The notes under the pieces were generated by a model, which searched no databases, was not told the DNA's origin, and saw nothing but the letters and a program-made list of their open reading frames with translations. A stretch of DNA of 64,000 nt from Chloroflexota bacterium (lineage in GTDB: Bacteria > Chloroflexota > UBA11872): contig DAOUJT010000039.1 of the NCBI GenBank assembly GCA_034422315.1, forward strand, positions 1,488 to 65,487, in the 5' to 3' direction. Below are positions 18,798 to 28,875 of this stretch, piece after piece. The position numbers and the translations under genes are program-made. Numbering within the stretch: position 1 is the stretch's first letter; each line of letters starts with the position of its first letter.

Positions 18798-19676
18798 TCA
18801 TTCCCAAGCATCCAGGCCCAGCAGTTTCCTACCCAGATCGGTCAGGACGGCGGGTGACTGGGTCCGATGTTCCGTGTCTCGAGGATCGCGCGGCCAGCCA
18901 GCCCCACCGTCCGGCGACCTGGCCGGCCGGCGCTCACACCACGACTCAATGCGCAATCGCCGCAGATCCTCGTCGTCTTCTTCCGCCGGTTGCATGGTGA
19001 TGTACTGGGCCAGGCGCGGCTTGTCCGACCTGTTGTGGCCGTTTCCGTGCGCCAGCATGCGGTCCCAGATGATCAGGTCGCCGGCTTTGCCGGCTATCGA
19101 CTTGACCTCAAGTCCAGCAAGGTCAGGGTTCCAGGGATCGCGGTCGGCGGGCTGCGTCTTCACCCAGGCGTCATAGGAGCGGTGGAAGCCTGGAACGCAC
19201 TGGAAGCCGCCTTGGTTCTCCGCCGTGTCAGTCAGATACAGCACCCCCTGCACCCCAAAGGGAATCTCCGGGCGTGACGTGTCGACGTCCCAGTGAATCA
19301 TGCCCGTGTGCCCCCACTCGGGCCGATCGGCTCGCACAGGAGGCTTCATGTTGACTCGATCGAGCGAGACCCACAGCCGCTCACTGCCGAGGATCTGCGT
19401 GAAGGCTTGATACACCCGTGGGTATTGCCGGTTATCCCACATGGCCTGGTGCTGATACATCGACACCATGCCCGCCTCGGAAATCGGAGTCTGCGGATCG
19501 TTACGGTCGTACGGGATCCACCTGTACCAGTCGTCCGGGCTGTCCGGGTCCATCTCCAGGAAACCCCAGATAACGTCGACCAGCGTCGCCAACTGCTGGT
19601 TCGGTACCGCATCGGACACCACCACGTACCCGTGTTCGTCCCAAAACGCCAGATCGCGTTCGCTTAACACCGACAT
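18798..19676 (-). CDS. Phytanoyl-CoA dioxygenase (PhyH) family 2OG/Fe(II) oxygenase
   Basis: WDEHGYVVV, HWDVD (HxD), GGFQCVPGFH, GDLIIWDRMLAHG. Confidence 0.92.
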   Translation of the reverse strand: MSVLSERDLAFWDEHGYVVVSDAVPNQQLATLVDVIWGFLEMDPDSPDDWYRWIPYDRNDPQTPISEAGMVSMYQHQAMWDNRQYPRVYQAFTQILGSERLWVSLDRVNMKPPVRADRPEWGHTGMIHWDVDTSRPEIPFGVQGVLYLTDTAENQGGFQCVPGFHRSYDAWVKTQPADRDPWNPDLAGLEVKSIAGKAGDLIIWDRMLAHGNGHNRSDKPRLAQYITMQPAEEDDEDLRRLRIESWCERRPARSPDGGAGWPRDPRDTEHRTQSPAVLTDLGRKLLGLDAWE

Positions 19677-19739
19677 TTCAATCCACCGCGTCGAAGGGGC
19701 CAGAGCACTTTAACGGCAGAAGCCCTGCGACCTCCCTGT

Positions 19740-19751
19740 CCTATACTCGCG
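19740..19751 (+). promoter_or_regulatory. Candidate -10 element upstream of yebC
   Basis: CCTATACTCGCG, an identical 12-mer to the one upstream of thyX (36469-36480), about 35 nt before the start. Confidence 0.45.
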
Positions 19752-19783
19752 AACCAGGTGAACCGCGCGATGACCCAACCCTG

Positions 19784-20536
19784 ATGGCCGGCCATTCCAA
19801 GTGGGCGCAGATCAAGCGTCAAAAGGCCGTGACCGACGCCAAGCGTGGCCAACTCTTCACCAAGCTGGGGCGCGATCTCACCATTGCCGCTCAGCAGGGC
19901 GGCCCCGATCCATACGGCAACTTCCGGCTTGAGCAGGCCATTGCCAAGGCCAAGGTCGCCAACATGCCCAAGCACAACATCGCGCGCGCCATCCAGCGCG
20001 GTGTCGGCGGTGGGTCTGACGGCGGTCAGCTCGAAGAGTTGCTCTACGAAGGCTACGCCGTGGACGGCGCCGGGCTGCTGATTGAAGTCGTCACCGACAA
20101 TCGCAATCGCTCGGTCGCCGAGGTTCGCAACGTGCTGAGCCGGCTAGGCGGCACGCTGGCCGCCAGCGGTGCCGTCGCCTGGCAGTTCGAGACGCGCGGA
20201 GCAATCGAAATCCGTCTCGACGGCCATGACCCCGAAGACCTCGAACTCACCGCGATCGACCTTGGCGCTATCGATGTCGAACACACCGACACATCGGTCT
20301 TCGTCTACACCGACGCAAGCGACTTGGCTCGGGTCAAGACCGAACTGGCCGCTGAAGGCGCCGAAGTCACCTCGGCCGAACTCACCAAGTCGCCGACCAC
20401 GCCGATGACGCTGGCGGATGATCGCGCCGCCCGGGTGCTGGCCATGATCGATTCCATCGAGGACCTGGACGACGTCCGCCGCGTCCACACCAACCTGGAA
20501 CTCAGCGATTCGCTTCTAGAGCGAATCGGTGCCTGA
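19784..20536 (+). CDS. yebC: YebC/PmpR family protein
   Basis: MAGHSKWAQIKRQK, YEGYA, TDNRNRS, DLDDVRRVHTN. Confidence 0.97.
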   Translation: MAGHSKWAQIKRQKAVTDAKRGQLFTKLGRDLTIAAQQGGPDPYGNFRLEQAIAKAKVANMPKHNIARAIQRGVGGGSDGGQLEELLYEGYAVDGAGLLIEVVTDNRNRSVAEVRNVLSRLGGTLAASGAVAWQFETRGAIEIRLDGHDPEDLELTAIDLGAIDVEHTDTSVFVYTDASDLARVKTELAAEGAEVTSAELTKSPTTPMTLADDRAARVLAMIDSIEDLDDVRRVHTNLELSDSLLERIGA

Positions 20537-20634
20537 GCCTGGCCGGTTGACCTCCCCCGTACCGCTACCAGACCAAAGCCGAGGACACTGATGCGGGGCG
20601 GCTCTGCGGCTGGCCCAACAAAAGGATCCTGCGT

Positions 20635-21135
20635 GTGCTGACGCTCGGCATTGACCCCGGCACAGCCCGCTTCGGCTTCGGTCTGGTGGAAGGCGACCGC
20701 AATACGCACCACGTAACCCACGGCTGTCTCACCACGCCTGCAGGCCAGCCGCTGGGCACGCGCCTCGCGCGAATTCGCGACGGATTACAGCGGCTCTTCG
20801 AACGGCATGCCATAACTGATGTCGCCATCGAGCGTCTCGGCTATGCCCGTCGCCTCACCTCCGCGGTCGACGTCTCGCACGCCATCGCCGTCGCCCACCT
20901 GGTGGCCGCGGATCACGGCGTGCCAGTCGAGGAGTACGCCCCGCCCGAGATCAAGCTCGCCGTCACCGGCTATGGCGGCGCCGACAAGGTCAGCGTGCAG
21001 GAAATGGTCCGCCGCTTCCTTGAATTGGAGCGCCCGCCCCGGCCGGACCACGCATCCGATGCCCTGGCGGTCGCCATCTGCCACATCAACTCCTACGAGA
21101 CCCGCGCATTGGAACGGGAGGTCAGCGCCCGGTGA
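20635..21135 (+). CDS. ruvC: Holliday junction endonuclease RuvC
   Basis: LGIDPG, VAIERL, VTGYGGADK, PDHASDALAVA. Confidence 0.96.
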   Translation: MLTLGIDPGTARFGFGLVEGDRNTHHVTHGCLTTPAGQPLGTRLARIRDGLQRLFERHAITDVAIERLGYARRLTSAVDVSHAIAVAHLVAADHGVPVEEYAPPEIKLAVTGYGGADKVSVQEMVRRFLELERPPRPDHASDALAVAICHINSYETRALEREVSAR

Positions 21136-21722
21136 TCGCAGAATTGCGCGGCGAGGTGATCGACCGGCGCGAGGACACTTTGGTTGTGCTTGCTGACGGC
21201 ACTGGCATCGGCCTCGAAGTCATGGTCCCGGATCGAGCTCTGGCTGATGGCGAGTCACACGTCCGTCTCTTTACCGCGCTCCACGTAGCCACCGACGGCC
21301 CGTCGCTCACCGGCTTTGAAACCCCTGAAGAACTGCGCGTCTTTAAAGCCCTCCTCAACGTCAACGGCGTCGGCCCCCGCATGGCTGTCCGCGTCCTCTC
21401 CACCCATCCCGCCAGCCGCATTTACGAGGCCCTCGACAAGGAAGATCCCAAGCCCTTCCAGGCCGTCTCCGGCATCGGTGCCCGAACCGCCAATCGCATC
21501 ATTCTTGAACTCCGAGGGAAGCTCGTCCCCGAAGACACGGCCCCAGCCCAAGCGGACGATGACGAAAACACCCGCGAAGTCCTCGAAGCCCTCCTTGGCC
21601 TCGGCTATACCCGAACCGAAGCCACCGTCGCCCTCAACCAGACCGTCGGCGAACCCATGTCCGTCGAAGCCCGCATCGCCGCCGCCCTGCGTGACCTCGG
21701 CTCCCGAGGCCAGCCGGCATGA
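21132..21722 (+). CDS. ruvA: Holliday junction DNA-binding protein RuvA
   Basis: [38 protein letters not shown]. Confidence 0.96.
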   Translation: MIAELRGEVIDRREDTLVVLADGTGIGLEVMVPDRALADGESHVRLFTALHVATDGPSLTGFETPEELRVFKALLNVNGVGPRMAVRVLSTHPASRIYEALDKEDPKPFQAVSGIGARTANRIILELRGKLVPEDTAPAQADDDENTREVLEALLGLGYTRTEATVALNQTVGEPMSVEARIAAALRDLGSRGQPA

Positions 21723-22753
21723 CCGAACGCGTCGTGGCCGTTGAGTCCGCCGCGGGCGATCAACGGCTTGATCGCGCCCTCCGCCCCCGCGACCTCTCGG
21801 ACCACGAATTCATCGGTCAGGAAAGCGTCAAGCGCGCCCTGCGCCTCATGATCCAGGCCGCCAGGCAGCGCGAAGAACCTGTGGATCACATCCTCCTCGG
21901 CGGCCCGCCCGGCCTCGGCAAAACCACCCTCGCCCACATTGTCGCCAACGAGATGGGCGGACGCCTCCGCGTCACCTCCGGCCCCGCCCTCGAACGCCCC
22001 GGCGACCTCGCCTCCACCCTCAGCAGTCTCGACGCCGCCGAAGTCCTTTTCATCGACGAAATCCACCGCCTCGGCAAGACCGTTGAAGAGATTCTCTACC
22101 CAGCCATGGAAGACTTCGCTCTCGACATCGTCGTAGGCGCCGGCAAGGCCAGTGCCCGAACCTACCGGCTCGCCCTCCCCCACTTCACCGTCATCGGCGC
22201 CACCACCAGCACCGGCTCACTCACTTCCGCCCTCCGCGACCGCTTCGGATCGGTCCACCGCCTCGAGTTCTACAGTCCCCAGGAATGCGCCCGCATCGTC
22301 CTGCGCTCCGCCGACATCCTCGGTGTCGACATCACCGATGCCGGGGCGCTTGCCATCGCCCGACGCTCCCGCGGCACGGCCCGCGTCTGCAACCGCCTGC
22401 TACGTCGCGTCCGTGACTTCGCCCAGGTCGAAGCCGACGGCATCATCACCGACACCGTCGCCGCCCACGCCCTAGCCGAACTCGATGTCGACCATCAGGG
22501 CCTCGACGCTATGGACCGCCGCATCCTCACCACGCTTATGGACGCCTACGGCGGCGGCCCGGCCGGCCTTCAAGCCCTAGCCGCCACCCTCGCCGAAGAC
22601 GTGCCCACTCTCGAGTCCTACTACGAACCCTTCCTCCTTCAGGCCGGCTTCATCGCCCGCACCCCTCGCGGGCGTGTCGTTACGCGCCTCGCCTACGAAC
22701 ACCTCAACCGCGAGCCCCCGCGCACCGCGCCCGAACAGGCCGCGCTGCTCTAA
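21719..22753 (+). CDS. ruvB: Holliday junction helicase RuvB
   Basis: [37 protein letters not shown]. Confidence 0.98.
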   Translation: MTERVVAVESAAGDQRLDRALRPRDLSDHEFIGQESVKRALRLMIQAARQREEPVDHILLGGPPGLGKTTLAHIVANEMGGRLRVTSGPALERPGDLASTLSSLDAAEVLFIDEIHRLGKTVEEILYPAMEDFALDIVVGAGKASARTYRLALPHFTVIGATTSTGSLTSALRDRFGSVHRLEFYSPQECARIVLRSADILGVDITDAGALAIARRSRGTARVCNRLLRRVRDFAQVEADGIITDTVAAHALAELDVDHQGLDAMDRRILTTLMDAYGGGPAGLQALAATLAEDVPTLESYYEPFLLQAGFIARTPRGRVVTRLAYEHLNREPPRTAPEQAALL

Positions 22754-22754
22754 C

Positions 22755-23051
22755 GTGGAGCCCGAAGCCCAATGCACCCAACAGCTCCACGCAACGATCC
22801 GGGGCCGCGTGCAAGGCGTTGGCTTCCGCTTCTTCGTCGCCCGCGTGGGCCGACAACACGGCCTGCTCGGCCATGTACGCAACCTTCCCGACCGGCGTCG
22901 CGTCGAGGTAATCGCCCAGGGGCCACGTCCGGCGCTGGACGCCCTCGTTCGGGAGTTGCAGGCTGGACCGCCCCTCGCCATCGTCGAATCGGTTACTGTG
23001 GCGTGGGCAGCGCCCGCCGGCGACCTGCCGGCGTTCGCGATTCGCGCATGA
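22755..23051 (+). CDS. acyP: Acylphosphatase
   Basis: GRVQGVGFRF, GHVRNLPD, VEVIAQG; GTG right after the ruvB stop. Confidence 0.93.
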   Translation: MEPEAQCTQQLHATIRGRVQGVGFRFFVARVGRQHGLLGHVRNLPDRRRVEVIAQGPRPALDALVRELQAGPPLAIVESVTVAWAAPAGDLPAFAIRA

Positions 23052-23058
23052 GGGTCAG

Positions 23059-24303
23059 GTGATGCAACGCCTCCCGGGCTCCCGTACTCACACGCTTGGG
23101 GACGTAACCCCCACGCGTGAGCGCCACCGCGGTATGCAGGCGCTTGCCTGGCTCTCGTTACTCGTCGCGCTCGGTCTTCTCGTCACGGCCACCCTCTACA
23201 TCCCCAGCGCCGTCGGCGCCGTGTTTGGCGGCGTCAGCGAATCGCGCCCAACCTCGGCAACGGTTCTGGAAGGCACCGTCCTGGTCCAGCCACCCGCCAC
23301 CGCCACCTGGCAGGTACTCGCTACCCGGGCCGATCTCGCCGAAGGCACGCGTCTCCGGACCGACGACCGATCACGAGCCTTCTTGCGCACCCGCGAAGGC
23401 TCCACCGTGCTCCTCTATAACGACACCGAGCTTGCCGTGCAGCGCATGCGCTTCGGCCGCTTCAACCCGACCCTTCAGGACAGCGTCCTGCGGCTTTTCA
23501 GCGGCCGGGCGCAAATCGGCGTTGCGCAACACCCTGCGGCGCCTGAACGCCGCATCACCGTCCTCGCCGCCGAGGGTCGTCTCGACCTCCGCGAAGGCAC
23601 ATACCGGGTCGAGATGGAAGCGGATGGCGCCGTGCATCTCAGCGTGCGGCAGGGCACCGCCTTGGTCTGGCTCGGCAGTCGCGTCATGGAAGCGCCAGCC
23701 GGTCGGCGCGTCGTGCTGCAACCCGACGGAAGCATCCTGGGCCCCCTCCCGCTCGAGCGCGATCTTCTCCGCGATCCCCTGCTCGACCATCTGACTGACG
23801 GAACCGCCTGGACCGCATTTGTCGTCACCGAGGCGGGAACCTCTGGCACCGTGACCCCCAAGTCAACCGCTGTCTGGTTCGAACGCCAAACCTCCGACGG
23901 AAGCATCGATCGCCACGGTGAAAGTGGCATCGTTCAGGACCTGGATCGCGACGTTCGAGATTATGTCAACCTGAGCCTGCGTGCCGACGTGCGCACCGAT
24001 CGTCAGACCCTCTCCGGCGGCGGTACCGCCGGCACCGAATATCCCCTCATGCTGCGCCTCACCTACCTCGACGCCGAAGGTCGTGAGCAAATCTGGGCCA
24101 CCGGCTTCTACCACCAAAACGATGCCGGCCTCAGCGTCAAGCTCGGACGTCAGATCCCTCCCGGCGAATGGATCACCTTTGACCACCCCACCCTGCTGCA
24201 GGAAATCCGCCCCGCTCCCGTTCGCCTGCGCAGGCTTGAAGTCCTCGGCAGCGGCTGGGAATACCGCTCCGCCGTCCGCCGCGTGGAGTTGACCGGCTAT
24301 TAG
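23059..24303 (+). CDS. Membrane-anchored FecR-domain protein with a C-terminal beta-sandwich domain
   Basis: TM helix, then VLEGTVLV/LRTDDRSRAFL/GSTVLL FecR-like pattern. Confidence 0.7.
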   Translation: MMQRLPGSRTHTLGDVTPTRERHRGMQALAWLSLLVALGLLVTATLYIPSAVGAVFGGVSESRPTSATVLEGTVLVQPPATATWQVLATRADLAEGTRLRTDDRSRAFLRTREGSTVLLYNDTELAVQRMRFGRFNPTLQDSVLRLFSGRAQIGVAQHPAAPERRITVLAAEGRLDLREGTYRVEMEADGAVHLSVRQGTALVWLGSRVMEAPAGRRVVLQPDGSILGPLPLERDLLRDPLLDHLTDGTAWTAFVVTEAGTSGTVTPKSTAVWFERQTSDGSIDRHGESGIVQDLDRDVRDYVNLSLRADVRTDRQTLSGGGTAGTEYPLMLRLTYLDAEGREQIWATGFYHQNDAGLSVKLGRQIPPGEWITFDHPTLLQEIRPAPVRLRRLEVLGSGWEYRSAVRRVELTGY

Positions 24304-24682
24304 CCCGGCCAAACTCCGCCTCACCGCCGGCGTTGACGCCATAGAAATCGCCCGCATTCAGGCCGCCCTCGACCGCTTCGGCGAGCGCTTCATCCGCCGC
24401 CTCTACACCGAGCGCGAGCAGCAGTATTGTCGCGGCCGCGTCGAAGAACTCGCCGCCCGCTTCGCCGGCAAGGAAGCCATCTCCAAGGCCCTCGGCACCG
24501 GCATGCGCGGCGTCCTCTGGCGCGAGCTTGAAATCCTGAATGACCGCCGCGGCAAACCCACCGTCAACCTCCACGGTGCCGCCGCCGTTCGTGCCCGCGA
24601 GCTCGGCCTGACCAACTTCGAAATCAGCCTCACCCACAGCCGCGAACTTGCCATAGCCTTCGTCGTCGCCACCGCGGACTGA
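24299..24682 (+). CDS. acpS: Holo-ACP synthase (missing from the ORF track; no ATG/GTG/TTG start, probable ATT)
   Basis: Manual translation gives GVDAIEIARI, LAARFAGKEAISKALGTG, NDRRGKP, ISLTHS. In-frame TGA at 24290; ATT at 24299 with GGAG 10 nt upstream. Confidence 0.92.
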   Translation: MSPAKLRLTAGVDAIEIARIQAALDRFGERFIRRLYTEREQQYCRGRVEELAARFAGKEAISKALGTGMRGVLWRELEILNDRRGKPTVNLHGAAAVRARELGLTNFEISLTHSRELAIAFVVATAD

Positions 24683-24687
24683 CCATC

Positions 24688-26292
24688 GTGAGCGGAGCAC
24701 ACAACGCGGGACCCGGCCCAGCCGTCAACCGCATCGTCACGGTGGCGGAAATGCGAGCCCTCGAGACCCAGGCGCCTCCCGGTGTCAACCTCATGCAGAA
24801 CGCCGGCCACGCAATCACCGCCGCCATCCTGCGGACTTCAGGTTCGCTCGGCGCCCGTTCCGTCGTCGTGCTGGTCGGTCCGGGCGACAATGGCGGAGAT
24901 GCGCTCATCGCCGCCGCACGTCTCGCTGCGGCTGGCGCGCGTGTAACCGCCTGGGCCTCCCGCCAGCGCCCTGACGATGCGTTGGTGACGGCCGCAACCG
25001 CTCGCGGCGTTCGCTGGCGCGTCTGGACCGGCGAGCCGCGTCCGCTCGCCGATGACGTGCGTCAGGCATCCTGCCTCGTGGACGGCCTCCTGGGCATTGG
25101 CAGCGGCCCGCCCTTGCGCGGCCCCATAGCCGACATCCTGGCTGCTCTGCCTGCCGAAACCGGGCAGATGCGCTTTGCCGTCGACATTCCCAGCGGTATC
25201 GACGCGGACACCGGCGCCGTTGACCAGAGGGCGTTTCGAGCCGACATCACGCTGTCCACCGGTCCCGTGAAGATTGGCGCGCTCCTCCACCCCGCTGTTG
25301 AATTCGCCGGCCGCCAGATCGCGCTCGACATCGGGCTCCCCGCCCAGGCGTGTGCGCCGCTTCGAACCTCGCGCCTCGGCGCCCGCACGGGGAGCCGTCT
25401 GCTGCCCGTGCGTCCGCTGGATGGCCATAAGGGCACCTTTGGCCGCCTGGCCATCGTGGCTGGCTCGTCGCGCTACCGAGGTGCGGCCGCGCTCGCCACC
25501 GTTGCCGCGTTACGCGCCGGCGCCGGCCTGGTCACGCTTGCGTCGGTCGAACCCGCCTGCGCCGCCACTGCCGCCCGGGCGCCGGCCGCAACGTTCGTGC
25601 CGCTCCCGAGCACACCGTCGGGCCAGGTGCAGGCCGCTCCCGCCGCCGTGGCGGCGTCGCTGTCTCAACCCAACGCACTCTTGCTCGGTCCTGGTCTGGG
25701 CCGTAGTGATTCGGGCGATGCGCTCGTCCATGGCCTGCTAGACGAGCTTTCACAGACCCCAACCGTCATCGATGCCGACGGCCTCAACGCACTGGCCGAC
25801 CGCGACGATCTCCTGGAAAAGCTCGGCCCCCGCTGCGTCCTCACCCCGCACCCCGGCGAACTCGCGCGGCTCCTGCGCCTGACTGCGCCGCCCGAAGGTC
25901 GTGAACGGCTTGCGGCCGCCCAAGACCTGGCTGCTCATACCCGGGCCATTATCGTCTCGAAGGGCTCACCAACGTTCGTCTGCGCCGATGACCGGGTGCG
26001 GATTCTCGCCCGTCCCAATCCCGCCCTGGCCGCCGCAGGCTCCGGCGATGTCCTGGCTGGCGCCACGGCCTCATTGCTGGCCCAGGGACTTCCAGCCGCG
26101 GACGCAGCCGCCCTGGGCGTCTGGGTCCATAGCCGCGCGGCTCGAATCGCCGGCGGCCGTGACGATCGTGGCGTGCCCATGGAGCAAGTTGCGACCGCCG
26201 TCGGAGCGGCCGTCAACCTGAGGCACGGGAGATCACGACGCGGCCTGTGGCGAAGGCGCCGCCGGTACCGACGTCAATCGGGCGCGCCGTAG
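24688..26292 (+). CDS. nnr: Bifunctional NAD(P)H-hydrate epimerase/dehydratase
   Basis: GPGDNGGD, DIPSG, HKGTFG, GPGLG, DADGLN, LTPHPGE, GSGDVLAG. Confidence 0.95.
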   Translation: MSGAHNAGPGPAVNRIVTVAEMRALETQAPPGVNLMQNAGHAITAAILRTSGSLGARSVVVLVGPGDNGGDALIAAARLAAAGARVTAWASRQRPDDALVTAATARGVRWRVWTGEPRPLADDVRQASCLVDGLLGIGSGPPLRGPIADILAALPAETGQMRFAVDIPSGIDADTGAVDQRAFRADITLSTGPVKIGALLHPAVEFAGRQIALDIGLPAQACAPLRTSRLGARTGSRLLPVRPLDGHKGTFGRLAIVAGSSRYRGAAALATVAALRAGAGLVTLASVEPACAATAARAPAATFVPLPSTPSGQVQAAPAAVAASLSQPNALLLGPGLGRSDSGDALVHGLLDELSQTPTVIDADGLNALADRDDLLEKLGPRCVLTPHPGELARLLRLTAPPEGRERLAAAQDLAAHTRAIIVSKGSPTFVCADDRVRILARPNPALAAAGSGDVLAGATASLLAQGLPAADAAALGVWVHSRAARIAGGRDDRGVPMEQVATAVGAAVNLRHGRSRRGLWRRRRRYRRQSGAP

Positions 26293-26759
26293 CTTTCCCA
26301 CAGCTCGGTCACCAGCGACTCCGCCGTCTCGTGCTCAAATCCCCGCCGAACCAGGAACGCGCCTAGTCGCTGCCTGAACTCGGAAAACGCGCGACCATGT
26401 AGCTTGCGCGCCTGCCGCTCAGCCAGCGGCCGCGCAACCTCAAGCTCGTCGCCGTATCCCGCCTCTATAGCGCTTGCGGCCACTTCCGCGCTAACACCTT
26501 TTGCCTGCAATTCCTCCGCCACCAGCCGCCGCCCGCGAGCTCGGCGTTCGGTCCGAGCGCGGATCACCGCCGCCGCGAACTCCGCATCGTTTACGTAGCC
26601 CAACTCCCGCAGCCGCTCCAACACGCCTTCGGCATCCTCGGCGTCCACGCCTCGCGTATCCAAGCGGCGACGCACCTCGGCTTCCGATCGCGAGCGCGAC
26701 GCCAGAAATCGCAGGGCAATAGTCATTGGGTCGGCGCGCCGGCCGCGACGTGCCGCCAT
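26274..26759 (-). CDS. recX: Regulatory protein RecX
   Basis: ALRFLASRSRSEAEVRRRL, GYVNDAEFA, ELQAKGV, FLVRRGF; start 26759 or 26726. Confidence 0.92.
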   Translation of the reverse strand: MAARRGRRADPMTIALRFLASRSRSEAEVRRRLDTRGVDAEDAEGVLERLRELGYVNDAEFAAAVIRARTERRARGRRLVAEELQAKGVSAEVAASAIEAGYGDELEVARPLAERQARKLHGRAFSEFRQRLGAFLVRRGFEHETAESLVTELWESYGAPD

Positions 26760-26772
26760 GGCAGATGTTGGC

Positions 26773-27441
26773 CTAGTCCCTGCTCTGGTCGCTCGAGCCG
26801 CGGCTGCCAATCAGTTCCGGCCAGGGGGCCAGGCGTCGCTCCGTACCGGCGAACAACCGCTGCAAATTGTCCAGGTGCTGTGACGTCAGGAACACCACGA
26901 AGATAGCCACCAACGTCACGTGAAAGCCGGTCACGCCAAGTCCCAGCGCATAGAACACGATCGCGCCCACCAGGAACCCCAGGGCCCCCACGAGCGAGCC
27001 CAGCGAGACGTAGCGGCCGATCGCAACGGTGGCCAACCCCACGGGAAAGCCGACCAGGGCCGCTAGCGGCGCCAGCGCGATAACTGCCCCGGCGCTGGTG
27101 GCTACCCCGCGGCCGCCGCGCAGACCAATGAAGACCGACCAGTTGTGACCGACCGCCGTCAGCACGGCCACGATCAGCGGGACCAGTTGCAGGTCTCCAA
27201 CCAGGATCCGCGCGACCAGCGTGGGTACGAATCCCTTCAACATGTCGCCCACGAACACAATCACTGCCGCGCCGCGACCGACCGTTCGATACACATTGGT
27301 CGCGCCCGAGCGCCGGCTCCCGTGCTCAAAGATGTTCAGCCCAAAGCCGACACGGCACACCAACCAGCCCATCGGCACCGCGCCCAAGAGGTACGCGCCG
27401 ACCACCAGGCACACAACCTGCACGGCTTCTACGGTCGTCAC
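26773..27441 (-). CDS. plsY: Glycerol-3-phosphate acyltransferase PlsY
   Basis: AYLLGAVP, GSRRSGATNVYR, GHNWSVF, GGRGVAT, HLDNLQRL. Confidence 0.95.
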   Translation of the reverse strand: MTTVEAVQVVCLVVGAYLLGAVPMGWLVCRVGFGLNIFEHGSRRSGATNVYRTVGRGAAVIVFVGDMLKGFVPTLVARILVGDLQLVPLIVAVLTAVGHNWSVFIGLRGGRGVATSAGAVIALAPLAALVGFPVGLATVAIGRYVSLGSLVGALGFLVGAIVFYALGLGVTGFHVTLVAIFVVFLTSQHLDNLQRLFAGTERRLAPWPELIGSRGSSDQSRD

Positions 27442-27519
27442 CGGGAGCGCCCCACAACCCGACGAGTTTGCGCCAGCTTCGGCCCGTCCCACGCCTCTGT
27501 CAAACCAGAGACTCGCCTA

Positions 27520-28875
27520 TCAGGACGACCGCAAACTCAAGCGCATGGGCGTCCCGTCGAATCCAAACTCCTGCCGCAGGCCATTCTCCAGGTAGCGGAC
27601 GTAGCTCCGATGCACGTGTTCGGGATTCGAGAAGAACAACGCAAACTCCGGCGGCGCGGTCCCGGTTTGCGTCGCGTACTTGAATCGCGCGGCTCGACCT
27701 CGTCGCGAAGGCAAATCCCGGCGACCCACCCATGCCCGCAGGAAGGCATTCAGGCACGAGGTCGGGATGCGCTGCTGCCGAGTCCGATGAATCTCCAGCG
27801 CCATCGGCAGCACATGATCCAGGTTTCGGCCGGTCTTGGCCGAGATTCGCGCCAGCGGGCTTTGCGGCAGGAAGTGGAAGATGCGCCCAAGGTGGTGCTC
27901 CACCCGCGCCACTTCTTCCTTGCCTCGAATCAGATCCCATTTGTTCGCCGCTACCGTCACGCCCTTGCCCGCATCCAGTACGAAGCCCGCCACATGCGCA
28001 TCCTGCTGAGTCGGTCCTTCGTACGCATCGATAACCACGACCCCCACATCGGCGTGCTGCATCGAGCGCATCGCCCGCAGCACACTGTGCTGCTCGATGC
28101 CGCGCTCGATGTGACCACGACGCCGGATGCCGGCCGTGTCCACCAGCCAGACTTCGTGGCCTTCCCATTCCACCAGCGTGTCCACGCTGTCGCGCGTCGT
28201 CCCGGGCGCGTCGTGCACCAATGCCCGCGCCTCGCCAAGCAGCGCATTCAGCAAGGACGACTTGCCCACGTTCGGCCGCCCCACAATGGCAAGGCGGGGC
28301 CGCGTATCCGCCACGGCCCGATAGTCGTCGGCCGGCAGGCGCTCGGTTACCGCATCCAGTAAATCGCCGGTGGCCGTTCCGTGCATGGCCGAGATAGCCA
28401 TCGGATCGCCCAACCCCAGCGCGTAGAACTCGGGAACGCTGTCTCGATGCTGTGGGGCGTCCACCTTGTTCACCACGAGCAGGTAGGGGATTCCCGCCCG
28501 CAGCACTTCACGCGCCACCGCCAGGTCCAGCTCAGTTGGCCCTGTCGTCGCGTCCGTGACGATGAGCGCCAGGTCGGCCTCGGCTGCCGCCAGCCGCGCC
28601 TGCGCCTCCGCGTGCGCCGCCACGGGCGCCGGGTCGCGCCAGGCGATTCCAGCCGTATCCACGATCGCCAGGCCGCGTCCCCGCCACTCGATTTCTCCGT
28701 AAATCCGATCCCGCGTCGTCCCCGGTTCGTCGGCCACCACCGCCACCCGCGAGCCCATCAGGCGATTGAACAACGTGGACTTGCCGACATTCGGACGGCC
28801 CACGATGGCAACCAGAGCCGCGCCGCCGGCCACCGCCGTGACTGTGCTCGAACCGCCGCGGCCTCCGTCAGCCAT
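27520..28875 (-). CDS. der: Ribosome biogenesis GTPase Der (EngA)
   Basis: Two GRPNVGKS / DTAG / NKxD G-domains and a KH-like C-terminus. Confidence 0.97.
   Translation of the reverse strand: MADGGRGGSSTVTAVAGGAALVAIVGRPNVGKSTLFNRLMGSRVAVVADEPGTTRDRIYGEIEWRGRGLAIVDTAGIAWRDPAPVAAHAEAQARLAAAEADLALIVTDATTGPTELDLAVAREVLRAGIPYLLVVNKVDAPQHRDSVPEFYALGLGDPMAISAMHGTATGDLLDAVTERLPADDYRAVADTRPRLAIVGRPNVGKSSLLNALLGEARALVHDAPGTTRDSVDTLVEWEGHEVWLVDTAGIRRRGHIERGIEQHSVLRAMRSMQHADVGVVVIDAYEGPTQQDAHVAGFVLDAGKGVTVAANKWDLIRGKEEVARVEHHLGRIFHFLPQSPLARISAKTGRNLDHVLPMALEIHRTRQQRIPTSCLNAFLRAWVGRRDLPSRRGRAARFKYATQTGTAPPEFALFFSNPEHVHRSYVRYLENGLRQEFGFDGTPMRLSLRSS

Noticed and set aside
26220-26292. Arg-rich C-terminal extension of Nnr
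   Set aside because: Explained by convergent overlap with recX; no evidence of function.
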